Positions 13,101 through 24,727 of a stretch of DNA of 64,000 nucleotides are shown piece by piece. The stretch comes from Lepidodermella squamata (lineage: Eukaryota; Animalia; Gastrotricha), in the NCBI GenBank assembly GCA_047495785.1, contig JBLDXI010000013.1, positions 2,542,001 through 2,606,000 of the forward strand, written 5' to 3'. Within the stretch, counting starts at the first letter, position 1. Each line of letters starts with the position of its first letter. Under the pieces are notes generated by a model that ran no database searches, had not been told where the DNA came from, and worked only from the letters and a program-made list of their open reading frames with translations. The position numbers and the translations under genes were made by a program.

Positions 13101-14138
13101 ATTTGACATTCAATACATTTTCGCCTTTGAGAGTGTTTTAGGCGGAAAAAATCGCTATTTTTGCCGGCATCGTCGCCACCAATAGCTTACTGGCGAAGCG
13201 CGCGTCCCCTGTCATTTGCCTCGCTCGCCTGTTCCGGCGTCCCTCTGGAATACACGCCCTTCTAACTGCTATACATCATGTAGAGAGTATAGGCGAAAAA
13301 ATTGCGATGCAAATATTCTCTCACTTTCGTGGTAAATTACAGCAAGTGCGCGTGAAAAAGTCGCCCCTCGGGTTTCGTAAATAGCCGTAATAAAGATAAC
13401 GCAGTTCAGCTTTCAATCGCTAATCATTTTTTCATTTCTGGCGCAGAAAATGATAATTCCTAATCGATCGACCAATAGAGTAAATATTTTCCTGGCAATG
13501 ATGCGTTAATTTGAACAAAACAAACACAACAAGATGATATATTTTGGGGCCTTGTTTTTGCCGCGCTTCCGACGCTCTATATTGCCGATTAAAAATGATG
13601 CGCTAATGTTTGCTACCACGCTTTTCGGTCAAGGAAGTGTTACCTTTTTACGGCGTTACGCCTCGTTGCCGGACGGGCGAGCAAAAACAGAGGCGCGTGA
13701 TCAGCCCGATTAACAGTGAGTAATGCTGAGGCATAGGTAAATTACCATACTTCTGAACGCTGAATGATAATATCACAATAATAATAATAATGATAACAAG
13801 GAGAAAACTTCCATTGTTGTTCCAGACGGATGCACGGCGCGAGTTATAGGCGTAAAAATAATGATAACTTAACAACAACAACAACACTGAGACGTGAACT
13901 TTCCTATCTTTCTCTCTCCATCCATCTCTTTCTGTTCATCGTCAGAGGATATCTGCTCTGATTGCGTGAAAAAATATTCTATACAAAACGTTGAAATTCT
14001 ATCGAATACATATATGCCGTTGAACTGATTATAGAATAATATTGTGAACGTTACTTATTACTACTATATTATATTATATTGATATAAATATTATACTATT
14101 ATACAGCATCTATGGAAAAAAGCGAAAGTGTCTTACTT

Positions 14139-14533
14139 TTATGTAATGCGAGAAAAGTAATAAATGGTGTCTGCGATAAAGAAAAAACACGGTTCTTGCT
14201 TTTCCCCATGGCACTTGCCGCCTCCCGCAGACTCCCCGGCTGAATTCGATCCTGTTGTTTGCTTAACACGACTAATTTTTTGAAGTTGCCCAGCCGGCAG
14301 CTGTTTGCATAGTAATAGGCGAAAAAATGCGCAGCGGTTTGCATTTATACGTTTTTTGTAAGCCGTATTGCATAAATATCCCAGAAAGCAAGAACACAAA
14401 CCGAGGGTGAAGCAGCGGACTAATCGTGTTATTTGGGTGAATTGTGAAGTTGACTGACAGCCTTGAATTCCAATAATTGATTGCAAAATTTCGACCTTGG
14501 CTTTGACAAAAACTTACCTGAGTAATTAGCCAT
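14139..14533 (-). CDS. Possible small two-exon orphan ORF (~98 aa, Cys-rich), or non-coding transcript
   Basis: ATG at 14533; strong donor CAG|GTAAGT at 14517; acceptor AG at 14421-14420 joins in frame to ORF VRCFTLGLCSC... No recognisable homology. Confidence 0.25.
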
Positions 14534-15017
14534 TTAAAATTTAATTAGCTCACAAATTTTATTACGCATATAAATTGTTTCCTGCTGTTGCTGATCACAG
14601 AATTTGCAGTAATTGAAAGTTGTACTGGATTCAAGACAAGTTACAAGCTGAAAGCTTCTTCTTTACCATTTCTGAGTAAAAATTAAAAAGCCTTCCGGTT
14701 TGCAAAAAAGCAGTAATAACCCGGTAACCCTCTAGGATCACGTGACTATCAACCCCCTCAAACCACGTAATAAATTATTCATGCAGTCGAAGGTTTCCAA
14801 ATGTTGAAACCTCAGGGGAGTCTGAGGCGCAGAGGCGCAGATCGTTGCATAAGAGAGATAACTGCATTGAGAGTTTTTATTATTAGGCGCAGAATTAAAA
14901 GCTATTCACGCGATGTTGGATTTCGCCTTCTAGCCAAACTTTGAACAGATTCAGTATACGGATTTCGCCAACTTCTGGTGCTAAAAAGCGACAGAAAGAA
15001 GAAAATTAAGACTTCAA

Positions 15018-15800
15018 TCAAAACGAGGAATAATTTAGGTTAAAATACCTCGAGTTGTCGTTCCTCGGGAAACTTTGTTCATAGTCATCAATGTTTAGCT
15101 TATCGAGATCCGGAAGAGAGGCATACCTGCCGTGGCTTATCGAGCGATTAGTTCGGCGCTTTCCACCTTTCGTCTTATCTCGAACTTGCTTGGATGATTC
15201 CCAGTCGTCTTGTGATTCCGGTGAAAAATTGGCTTTACTTTCAGCTCTTCTCGATTGACTAGGTGTTCTGACGGTCACATTTCTGGCTGGAGGCATTGAA
15301 ACTGAAGCATCATACAAAGATCCCCAAGCAGCTTTGTGATATGACTCTGGGTAGCCAAGCGTGGCTTCGTATATCCTCTCATGCTCAATATCCGTTGTAG
15401 AGCGTGGCTTCCTCCAAGCAGAGCTACTCTGGGCTGTCGAATCTTCAAACGGATTCGCTTCGAAGGGTCGAGGGTCCAAGCTGTCGAAGCTACTGCGGTG
15501 AATGTTCTTCGGCGTGTGCAACGCTTGCTCCTCGCGGTTCCTCATCGACTTAACGGTGTTTTCATGAACGTTCATGCGATTCTTCCGGAAGAACAGCTCT
15601 TTTAGGGGCCGTCGGGGTTTGTGAAGGATTAGATTATTGACGCCCGGAGCAAGAGGTGTCGCATCGAACTCTTCTTGATTGCTACTGTTGCGCCTGCTGC
15701 GGCCACGTTTGAAAATTTCACGGCATCTCAAACACAGCTTTGGAAGGCAACTGGTACAGTCAGTATCGCGGAAGCAGCGCGTGTTACACGTATCATCCAT
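15018..15800 (-). CDS. Unassigned protein (~260 aa), paralog of 21193-22168
   Basis: Long open frame; first ATG at 15800 (MDDTCNTRC). Cys-rich N-terminus and shared block RKNRMxxxxNTxxxMxxR...IxxSSxDxx. Confidence 0.7.
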   Translation of the reverse strand: MDDTCNTRCFRDTDCTSCLPKLCLRCREIFKRGRSRRNSSNQEEFDATPLAPGVNNLILHKPRRPLKELFFRKNRMNVHENTVKSMRNREEQALHTPKNIHRSSFDSLDPRPFEANPFEDSTAQSSSAWRKPRSTTDIEHERIYEATLGYPESYHKAAWGSLYDASVSMPPARNVTVRTPSQSRRAESKANFSPESQDDWESSKQVRDKTKGGKRRTNRSISHGRYASLPDLDKLNIDDYEQSFPRNDNSRYFNLNYSSF

Positions 15801-16809
15801 ATTTTCGCCGAGTTTTGAAACGATTGATCGATTTTGTAAAATGAAAAGATTTCCATGCCGTTTCAATTATGAACAATTTTTCAAGGTGGATTTTTCAATT
15901 ATTCGGAAACGAAAATTTTGAGAGTCGCGTCGCCCAATTTTTGCAGACCTGCAGCAACCGCACGCAGCTTTCTTTTTATCAATTAAATTTAGAAGTCTTA
16001 CTCGCGCGCTCGGTACCGATACTCAATAAAATATTTCTATTTTTGCAATATGCCATGCTTTTTTGCAATTCTGGTCAGAACCCTTTCTTTTTTCAGGTTT
16101 AAGTCTCGAAGTTTTCAGGTATAGACAGGTTTATTACTCAACGAAAGATAACTATTTAGAGAATGGGGTTTGTGGTATAACTTTTTTGGCTCATTTAACA
16201 TTCAGGTATCACGCAAAACATGATTAGATTTATATTAGATTTAGATTTTAGATTATTTCTGTGTATTCATGCGTGGGTACAGCGGTGTAAGCAGCATCGA
16301 AGTTTAAAAAGGCGCTGTAGGAGCGAAAAGGAAAGAAATGGATATTATATTCAATAAATATGCATCGAATAAATTATTCGAATATTCGCATATATCGATT
16401 ATACCCGGCTTCCGAATCCAAATTCAGACATACAGCTTCCGCAACCTTTCCTTGCTTTCCTCAGGTTCCGAGAAGAAGTAGACGCACTAAAGCTGACCTA
16501 ATCATAGGCAATAACTTGACCTTTTACCATGATCCCAACCTTACCCGAACACTTATGAAACTAAAATTTAAGGTTCGAAAATACTAGCAAGCCCCATGTA
16601 ATGTAATAAGGAAAGGTTGCAGAAATCTGAGGTGCAGAATCCGGTTCAACATCGATAGCCTCAAATTAGCGGAAATCTTTTATGTTTAATCACAGATCAC
16701 AGGTAATAGCAGAAATAAGAACATGCGATAAATTCAAGCGACGTATGAGAAGATAATTCTAGGCTTAGGTAGATCTCGCTTGGCTATGCAGTTGTGCTAA
16801 AGTTTAGAG

Positions 16810-19800
16810 TCAGGCCAATGTATGCAGGACAATCAACGATGCTCCGCTGTAATTGCTCGCCGTCGTGAAGCCATTTATTCCATATGAGTCACTGTTCAAA
16901 CGAGAAAAGGTCACAGGTATCATGCTTGCCGATAAAAACTCACGCTGTCATGCAAGTGAAACACGCCAAGCCAGTGAGCGTGTTATTAATCATCCAGGAA
17001 CCCCCGCCGAAAGTCGCCGAGTTAGCCGGCCAGTCCTGGGCTAGGAAAGGCAGTTCTAGAGCCAAGGTTCCACTAACCATTCCACTTGGCGCGTAAGTTG
17101 ACGCCGACTGCAAAATAATATTGACATTTTAATTTTCTATAGTAAAACATGCTAACGTTCGATGTAGAAGCACATGCTATTCTGTAGCTGTTGATTTCGT
17201 TGTCGAGATAACAATCCTTGAAAACCAAGCCGCCCAATCTACCGGCTGATATTTCCATTTGCATCAGAACGGACCAACTTGCTGTTGAAAATCGGCGAGT
17301 CCAAAAATTGAAAATTAATCTCAGGTCCACTTACACGGGATTTTAACCAGGGGCAGTCCGTCGTCATACGTTTTGGCCGGAGTAGCAGATACCGGCGTTC
17401 TGAGTTGTCCAGTGCCGGACCACCTGCGGGTTCCATCGGACCAAGGTGGGTCGTAGCGTTCAATGACACGGCTGATATATTCGTCGAAGTAGAATTTTCT
17501 GGAGAGATAGTAGTTGCAGCCGCACGTGACCACATAATCAGTCATCGCATCGTGGCACAGGCATACGGATCGATTTTTTATGAATAGCTTGTAAAGACAT
17601 ACATAACATTTATCGATAAGTCTGAAATACACCTTGATCCTCACTTTGCCTTGTCTAGAAACAAAGCGAGAACACGCTGCATTGCTGGTTGGGTTCGAGG
17701 TGACAAGAAATGATGTCGTGCTGTTGAGAGGCTCCACTTTCAGGCAGTTTGTCTTGTCCGCTGTAGTTGCGATCAAATAGTTCAACATCAAGCGATTGGC
17801 CCATTCCAAGCCGAGCCATTGCGTTGAGCTTGTTTTCGATCCGAATCCTAATATACTTTATTCATTATTGTGTTTAGATTAATCTATCTTTTACCCCATT
17901 TGTAATCTTGATACATCATTTTTCCGTAGTTCCAGTCGACTAACCCTGAAAGAACAACTTTTATGATAATTAGACATGGGCTTTTGACGACTCACCACTT
18001 CGGCGATGAAATACCATTACCACTGAGCAAAATTCATTAGAGAGATAATAATTGGTAAAAAATGGAAAAAATACTTTCCGTAGGTTTGAATTGGCCGCCA
18101 ATGCAAGTTGCGTTGCAAACGCTGTCAGGTAGATAGATACAATCAGCTTCGAACGATTTATCGCCAATGTCAGCTTGAAACCGATATCTTCCGGGACCCA
18201 AGCCGAGCCGCGTCACAAGCGTGCAATCTAAAGATTAGATAAGTTTTGTAAATCTGCATTTATCAAAGTTTACCTGCATAAGTGTTGGTCCTGCATATCG
18301 GAGTCTCATCTGCCTCCTATAATAATAATAATCCTTAATAATCCTTAATTTTCGCGCAAAGGCCTATTTCCAGCCGGTTGAATTTTCACGCGCAATTTCG
18401 GCGTCACAATGCGGGGAAGATATCGTATGCGCGAAAATTAAGGATTGTCCAGTATCGAAATAATTTCGACATCCACTACTATCTTCTATAGCCGTACCAA
18501 GTGGTAGTAAAACCAGCCTGGAGCGGCCTCGAGACCTTCCCACAGCTCGTTCGTGTGCCCAGTGTTCAGCCAACAAGTTGAATTCGATGGATTGTATGAG
18601 GCGGAGCGGCATCTGTAGGCTCCACTTCTGTAGCACGTATCCAGGCAGGTTCTCACGTCAATGCCGACGATTTCTTGAAAACTGTCTGCTTTGATCAACC
18701 GGAATCCCTTCCCGCAATTGGCATGCAGATAAAATTCAGGGAGAGCTGAAATTAGATTGAAGTAATTTAATATCTACTTTTTTATCCCAAAAGTACGCTT
18801 GTCGCTGCAGTCATTTCCTGTGAGTCCTTTTGGGCACTTGCAAATGCCTGGTCCTATACACGTCCCTCCGTTTTTGCAGGGGCAGATTTCTGCAATTCAT
18901 AACACATTAATGTCGAGGATTCACAAAATTTAGTTCGGTCACTGCCCACTTTTAGAACAATCAACTCCCATCCAGCCCTGTTTACAGTTGCACTGATTGG
19001 GCCCGCCATTCGGTCCAGCAGCACAGTAGCCGCGGATGCAGGTAACAGGACATTTCATTAGCGAATAGACCCGCAGGTCGATGACGTCGACGTTGTTGCC
19101 TGCAGCACTCATACCTACGTATGCAGACTCTCCTGGAACCGGGAAAGTGTTGCCGGCAACAGCTGAGTGTGCCGTTACGCAACTCGTCGTCGTACACTGT
19201 TCGATCTAAAAAAATAAGCGGGATGTGGATGGAGGCTCGAATCTTGCTATTTTTAACCCATAGTGTGCCATTCCGCAGGACCATGCCGACGTGGTAACGC
19301 GTGTTAATTCTCGTAGAAGTGGTGTAGTAATAATATTTGTGCATTGCGAGATTAGCTGTCAAAGACGCACTAGCATCATGCGCAAACATGGTTACTACAC
19401 CTCTGAATAATGGCGTTGCGGCGTTCATGTTGAAATCTGATGAGCACAAGAAAAATGACTGTATTTCCGTACAGAGAACTCTGCAGGTTCAACCCACTTG
19501 CTCCTGTTGGACTTGGACTCAGAACATTGTCGTTCGCAACATATACAGCCGTATAAGAATAGGTGTAGCTTTCGTGCGAATAAATTGTTGCGTTGATGCT
19601 GAAGTCAGTTAATGTGAATGGCTGTTTTGCGACCATGTAACCATTCTGCCAAGCGCCGTCGAACGTCAGCCTCACAGCGTTATCGGACCGTAGAACGGGC
19701 CCGGATGGTGTTCCGGAATTGCGATAATTCCAGTGGCTGTAGTTTGCGTTATTCGGGTAAGACCATTGCTCAATGTAGTTATCAGGATCCGTTAGAGGAG

Positions 19801-20669
19801 TATCGATATCTGAAAGGTTTTACCTATTACTTTTTCGGATGTTTGGGGATTGAGGACTTTCGCATTTGGGAATTCGCATTTGGCAGAGGGCGGCACAAGT
19901 AAACAGAAAATATGTCCAAAATGGAACCGAAAACACGATTGGCATTTTGAATTTTTTACTGGAGTTTTCACGAGAAATAAGGGAATACTCTATGGCTTTC
20001 CATCGAGAAATCCAATTTCCCCCCTCTCTGGAACCCCTCGATTCGTTTGGTCTGAAAACTCCAGTAAACTTATATCGAACGAACTGTTAACTAAAATTAA
20101 GCTAAAATTTTAAAGATGTTCTCGATACATTTTGCAAACAAAAAATAGAAAATTCCCTGCAAAAATGGTCCAAGTCAGAAAATGGTCGCGTGGGATATTC
20201 TCTTTCTCATCTTTTCAATCTTCTATTCCCTGCGTCTGACATAGCACGTTCACATTCTGAGTTAATGAGCACATAAACGGCAGAAAAACTGTCAACTTTA
20301 CATTGTGAGCATCGAGGGCCGGTAAAGCGTGCCAAACACGTGCAGACATTAGGCGCAGTGCAACTCGAGGTCCGCGGGTTGCAGGTTACAGCACATATTG
20401 CTTCAAATGGAACAGTGAAGTATTAATTGGCAACTTAATTTTCGGAAATCATACGGGTTTCGCATAATCTTTCCGAGTAACTCGGCGGGCACTTGCAAAC
20501 ATTTGTAGCGATGCATGTGCCTCCGTTCATGCAAGCAGGGGAGCAAGCTATACGTTAATGATAAAGCCAACATTTATTTATAATGCAATCGAATGATCTG
20601 CCACTTACATTGTGCTAGAATTGACGTGATGAACGATGAAACGGCTACTAAAGAGATAGCGATTGCCAT
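16810..20669 (-). CDS. Secreted mosaic protein: signal peptide, 2 EGF, beta-sandwich (lectin/LamG-like), 2 EGF, PAN/apple, divergent fibrinogen-related domain; many short exons
   Basis: [20 protein letters not shown] signal peptide. EGFs [28 protein letters not shown] and [34 protein letters not shown]...[15 protein letters not shown]. FReD motifs across exons: [13 protein letters not shown]...YKWGFG...[23 protein letters not shown]. Stop TGA at 16812-16810. Confidence 0.75.
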
Positions 20670-21192
20670 CTGAAATAAAACTGAAGCTGAAAGGACTTTT
20701 TTTTATCAAATGCGAAGCTTGTTTTACGATCGGTAAATATCATATCCAATTTTCGCTGCTTGGTAACTACGCAACGTCGGGAAAAATCGGGGAAGTTTTT
20801 CTCCGGCTGGCTTATTTCAACCACGTGGATGCCTGTATCTGTGCGTGTCACCTTAGCTATATCCGTCATATTTCATTTGACCGGCACTGCGCAATTTCAT
20901 ATACATGGTTTCCGCCAAAAGCGTGGCATTGATTAGAAGATGGTCCCTAAAAGATGTTTGTTTTCAAGATGTTTGTTTTCAAGGAACGTACAACGGAAAA
21001 CGGACAACTTATATTTAGCCGGATAGAAATAATTAGATGAAATAATTTCTCTGGGTTTTCCAGAAAATAAAATAAAGCCCGTTTAAAGATCCTCCATTCG
21101 ATGCATGCCTTGGTCGTGGCGATTCAGCGACTCCACGTAAGACCCTATCACTACATATACTTCCACGTGCTTCTACCTTTCAGGAATGGAGC

Positions 21193-22168
21193 CTAAGAGT
21201 TCCATTGCTTGATAGACGCCCAGATCCTTGAGCCCTTTGATCCTTGATATAATGGAAGAAAATGCTTTTCGGATGTAAGCACGATCTCACCTGAAAACTA
21301 CTATTAGTACTTATCGCATGAGTGAGTAAAATTGACAGGAAACTTTTGTTCCTACGCTCTCTAATATTAGGTCGCAATAATAAAAATGTGGTCCAATCTG
21401 ACCCTTTTTTATTTTGGACATCTAAAATATGTAAGAGCTTGATCGAGGTCTGGTAGCCGAATCTTCTTCGTACTTACGTGCAGCATTTAATCCCATATGA
21501 TCACGGTTCAATTGTTGTAGCGATAAGGAAGTGTTCGGGCGTTTTGTCACGTGACTATCTTCTGCTGGGAGTTTGCTTAGTGACCAAGCAGAATCGGATG
21601 GAGTTCTAGTTACCTCAGCCATGGGTTGGACCTTGCTAGGCTGAGCCACGTTGTCAAGGCTGCTATGATAGATGTCAACGCGATTTGCAGTTGGCATTTG
21701 GCTGGGATCTCGCTGTTTCATAGCTTGCGTCGTGTTCTGGTAAATGTCCATACGATTTTTCCGAGAATGCAGGCTATTTTTACTCCGAATCGGTTTCGAT
21801 AAAACTCTTGCAAGGCGAGCTTCCGCTAGACGAGGTGCAGCGTAAAATTCATCGTCACTGTCCTCCCACTGATCGCTAATCATGTAAGAAAAATTGTGCA
21901 TGTGTCAATGAGAATGTGCCAATAAAACCTCTTACCTGTTGTCTTTCTGGGAATTTTCATAAATTAGCGAAGGCTCGTCATCGTAAGACAAGTTTGGAGT
22001 GTTCATCGCATTGGATTCATTGGAAAATGTTTTTGCCCCACACCTTATGCAAGACATTAGATTGTGAATGCACTGCTTTGCTGTCATCTCAGGAGTTCGG
22101 GAGTTTTGATGATCCTTATTATCAAATATCGACAGGATTGGTATTTTCAATTGTTTAAGTTGGATCAT
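21193..22168 (-). CDS. Unassigned protein, 3 probable exons (22168-21936, 21875-21478, 21290-21193); paralog of 15018-15800
   Basis: Canonical GT-AG introns join the ORFs in frame. Shares the RKNRMDIYQNTTQAMKQR block and an LYxGxxG...WASI-like block with the paralog. Confidence 0.65.
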
Positions 22169-22726
22169 TTTAAATCCTCCAAATTTCGATTCTCAATTTG
22201 CCGTTTCAAAATGATTTTCAATAACATTAAATGATGCAAAGTCGGATCATGTATGACATTCGGATTCTTTGGAAAACACGTAGATGTAATGCAGTTTGTT
22301 TATGGTATTCCGAATCCCGAGTGATTCTCAAAAATCAGTCGGTGAATAAGAAATGGGAAGCTTCGGTATACATTCTTAACAATTGAGGAAACTTCGTAAA
22401 GGCAGCAATATTGAAGCGTAATATCGAATAATCGGATTTTATTAAAATTATTTATCAAAATGAGTGATTGCTACAGATCAGGACTCCAGTCCTGCTTTCC
22501 AACATCTTGGCGGCACGTGATTTTCTTGAAAAAAACACTGACATTGTGACATTGACCTTGAGACACGAGTGCAAAATGGAGAACGCGTGCTTGTTTTGAT
22601 GAAAATGATGCCACACACAGCTGCCGAGGTAGTATAAAAGAGCCGCGAATTTCCGATTGCAATCATCAATTAGTTTTCAATCTTTTATAAACGATCTTTT
22701 AACTACTCCAATTCTCAAATATCAAG

Positions 22727-24317
22727 ATGTTGCGTTACTGCATCGTCGCTCTTTTGGTTGCCGTAGTCGTTGCCAACAAGGATCACCACAAGACAAAAGC
22801 ACCAACCACTGTCCGGCCAACTTCTCGCCAGCCTGATGCTGCGACTACCACCAAGAAGGTGACCACCCGTGCTACCACTCGTCTGCCCGATGCCGGCTCG
22901 ACTGCCAGCCCGAACGACGCCTCGGCCTTCTGCTTCGGCTGCCGTAGCCGCCGCAACCACAAGGACCTGTACGCCGACCCCGCTGACTGCCACAACTACT
23001 TCCAGTGCTTCTACGTCAACGAGACCTACGCCATCGGCATCCAGCGCAAGTGCCCCGCGGGCCAGTTCTGGCACGACGCCGTCCTGACGTGCATGCCCGA
23101 AGGCGCCACGCCGTGCCTCGACGCCTGCCTCACCAACGCCAACAAGTGCTACGCCGGCGCCGGCTGCCGTCAGTTCTTCGTCTGCTCCAACACCGGCTCG
23201 TACGGCATGTGCTGCCCTGAAAGCACTCAGTTCAACGCGGCCACCTGCTCTTGCGATGAGTCCACAACCTGCTCCGACGCCTGCGCCCAGGCTGGTCCGT
23301 CCGTCGCCACCTCGGTCGCCCCGGCCACCCAGTTCAACGCCACCGTGTGCCGCGACTCGTTCAGCCGCTTCCTGTCGACCGTCGCCGGCGAGGCCAACGC
23401 CTACATCCAGATCGGCGCTGATGGCGAATCCACCGAGAAGATGTACTGCCCCGTTGGTGTCTCGTTCGACCTGGCCACCTGCCGCTGCAACATCGAAAAC
23501 GGAGCCACCGTGCCGCCGACCCAGACCAACCGCAAGGCGACTTTCTACATGAACTTCAACCCGCCGCGTGCCACCCAAGATCTGTCGATCAACCACTACG
23601 CTGTTTCGTTCCAAGATGGCGCCGAAGTCACCACCTCCGTGTCTTTCCGCTCTGCTAACGGCGGCTCGCTCAGCATCCCCACCGATAACGCCCGTGTCAG
23701 CGTCCCTGCTTTCAAGAACTTCGACTTCCGCAATGCCGGTTCGTGGTGCGCTGCTTTCCGGTGAGTTGAACCTCTTCGCTTCGCCTCGTCAATAATACCC
23801 TTGTGTCTTTTTCAGTTGCGACAGCCAGACCAACAACCAGTGCAACTTCAACGGCGGTATCCTGTCGAACAACAAGGACTCGAGCTCGTCTGAGTTCACC
23901 TTCGTCTTCGGTGTCCAGGCCAACAACGCCTTCACCGCCAAGCTGAGCTTCTGGAGCCCGGTTAACACCATCACCCTGTCTGGCTCCTTCTCCGTCGCCG
24001 CTGATGGCTGGAACACCTTCTGCGTCACCTACGACGGTGCTGCTGCTCGTCTCTACCTCAACGGCGTAAGTTCATGCTTCCTATTTCGGATCTCAATATA
24101 AACTAATTTCACTCTAAATCAGGCTGTCGCTGACACCGAATTCGTCGGCAGCTACCTGTCGATCGCCCACTGCCCGTTCGTCATCGGCAACGATCAAGCT
24201 CTGGGCAGCTTCCTCGGCAAGGTCGACGCCGTCTTCGTCTCGACCTTCGCTCTCGATGCCGCCACCGTCTCGAACTACCACAGCTCTGGCAGCTCGGCTA
24301 TCGCTCAGTTCCTGTAA
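22727..24317 (+). CDS. Secreted chitin-binding type-2 (CBM14) repeat + LamG-like protein (Pif/BMSP-like architecture); exons 22727-23760, 23816-24065, 24123-24317
   Basis: Signal peptide and Thr-rich linker. YADPADCHNYFQC...CPAGQFWHDAVLTC and two more CBM14-like units. C-terminal GWNTFCVTYDGAAARLYLNG...FVIG...FLGKVD LamG signature. Confidence 0.88.
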
Positions 24318-24727
24318 ACTATCAAATTATCGGAGAATATAGTTTCTTTTCCGGAAAAACTTTTAATCATGTTGAAAGAACATTTTAGTTTATGAAATTT
24401 CGTTCTCGTTATCTTTGATTTCAATTGATTCAAAACAATGAATTTTATTACAGACAATTATGACAATAAAGTTGAATGGTTCATTCTGTGTTCTTCGTCG
24501 CTGATGCACTCAGACAAATTGGAAGATTGGAAGATAGAGATGGAAGAGAGGGAAGAAAGAGAGGGAAGAGGAAGATGTACTCAAAATCCGAGGGCGTGGC
24601 AAAAATGACTTTATATCATGCTCTGGATTTGTTGACACAGCAAAATGGCATGAGCGTCGGCCTCAGATAAGAGCAAGAGCGTGAAATGAACCGGTTCTTC
24701 AGTCACTCTCGGATAATTAACACAATA

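Noticed and set aside
16441-16620. 13-bp inverted repeat GCAACCTTTCCTT
   Set aside because: No TSD or second copy in the window; insufficient to call a MITE.
20648-20932. C-type-lectin-like fragment (HVVEISQPEKN)
   Set aside because: Lacks the conserved Cys/Trp residues; more likely 5' region of the FReD gene.
22715-23614. 299-aa antisense ORF
   Set aside because: Shadow of the strongly C-ending codon bias of the sense gene; no motifs.
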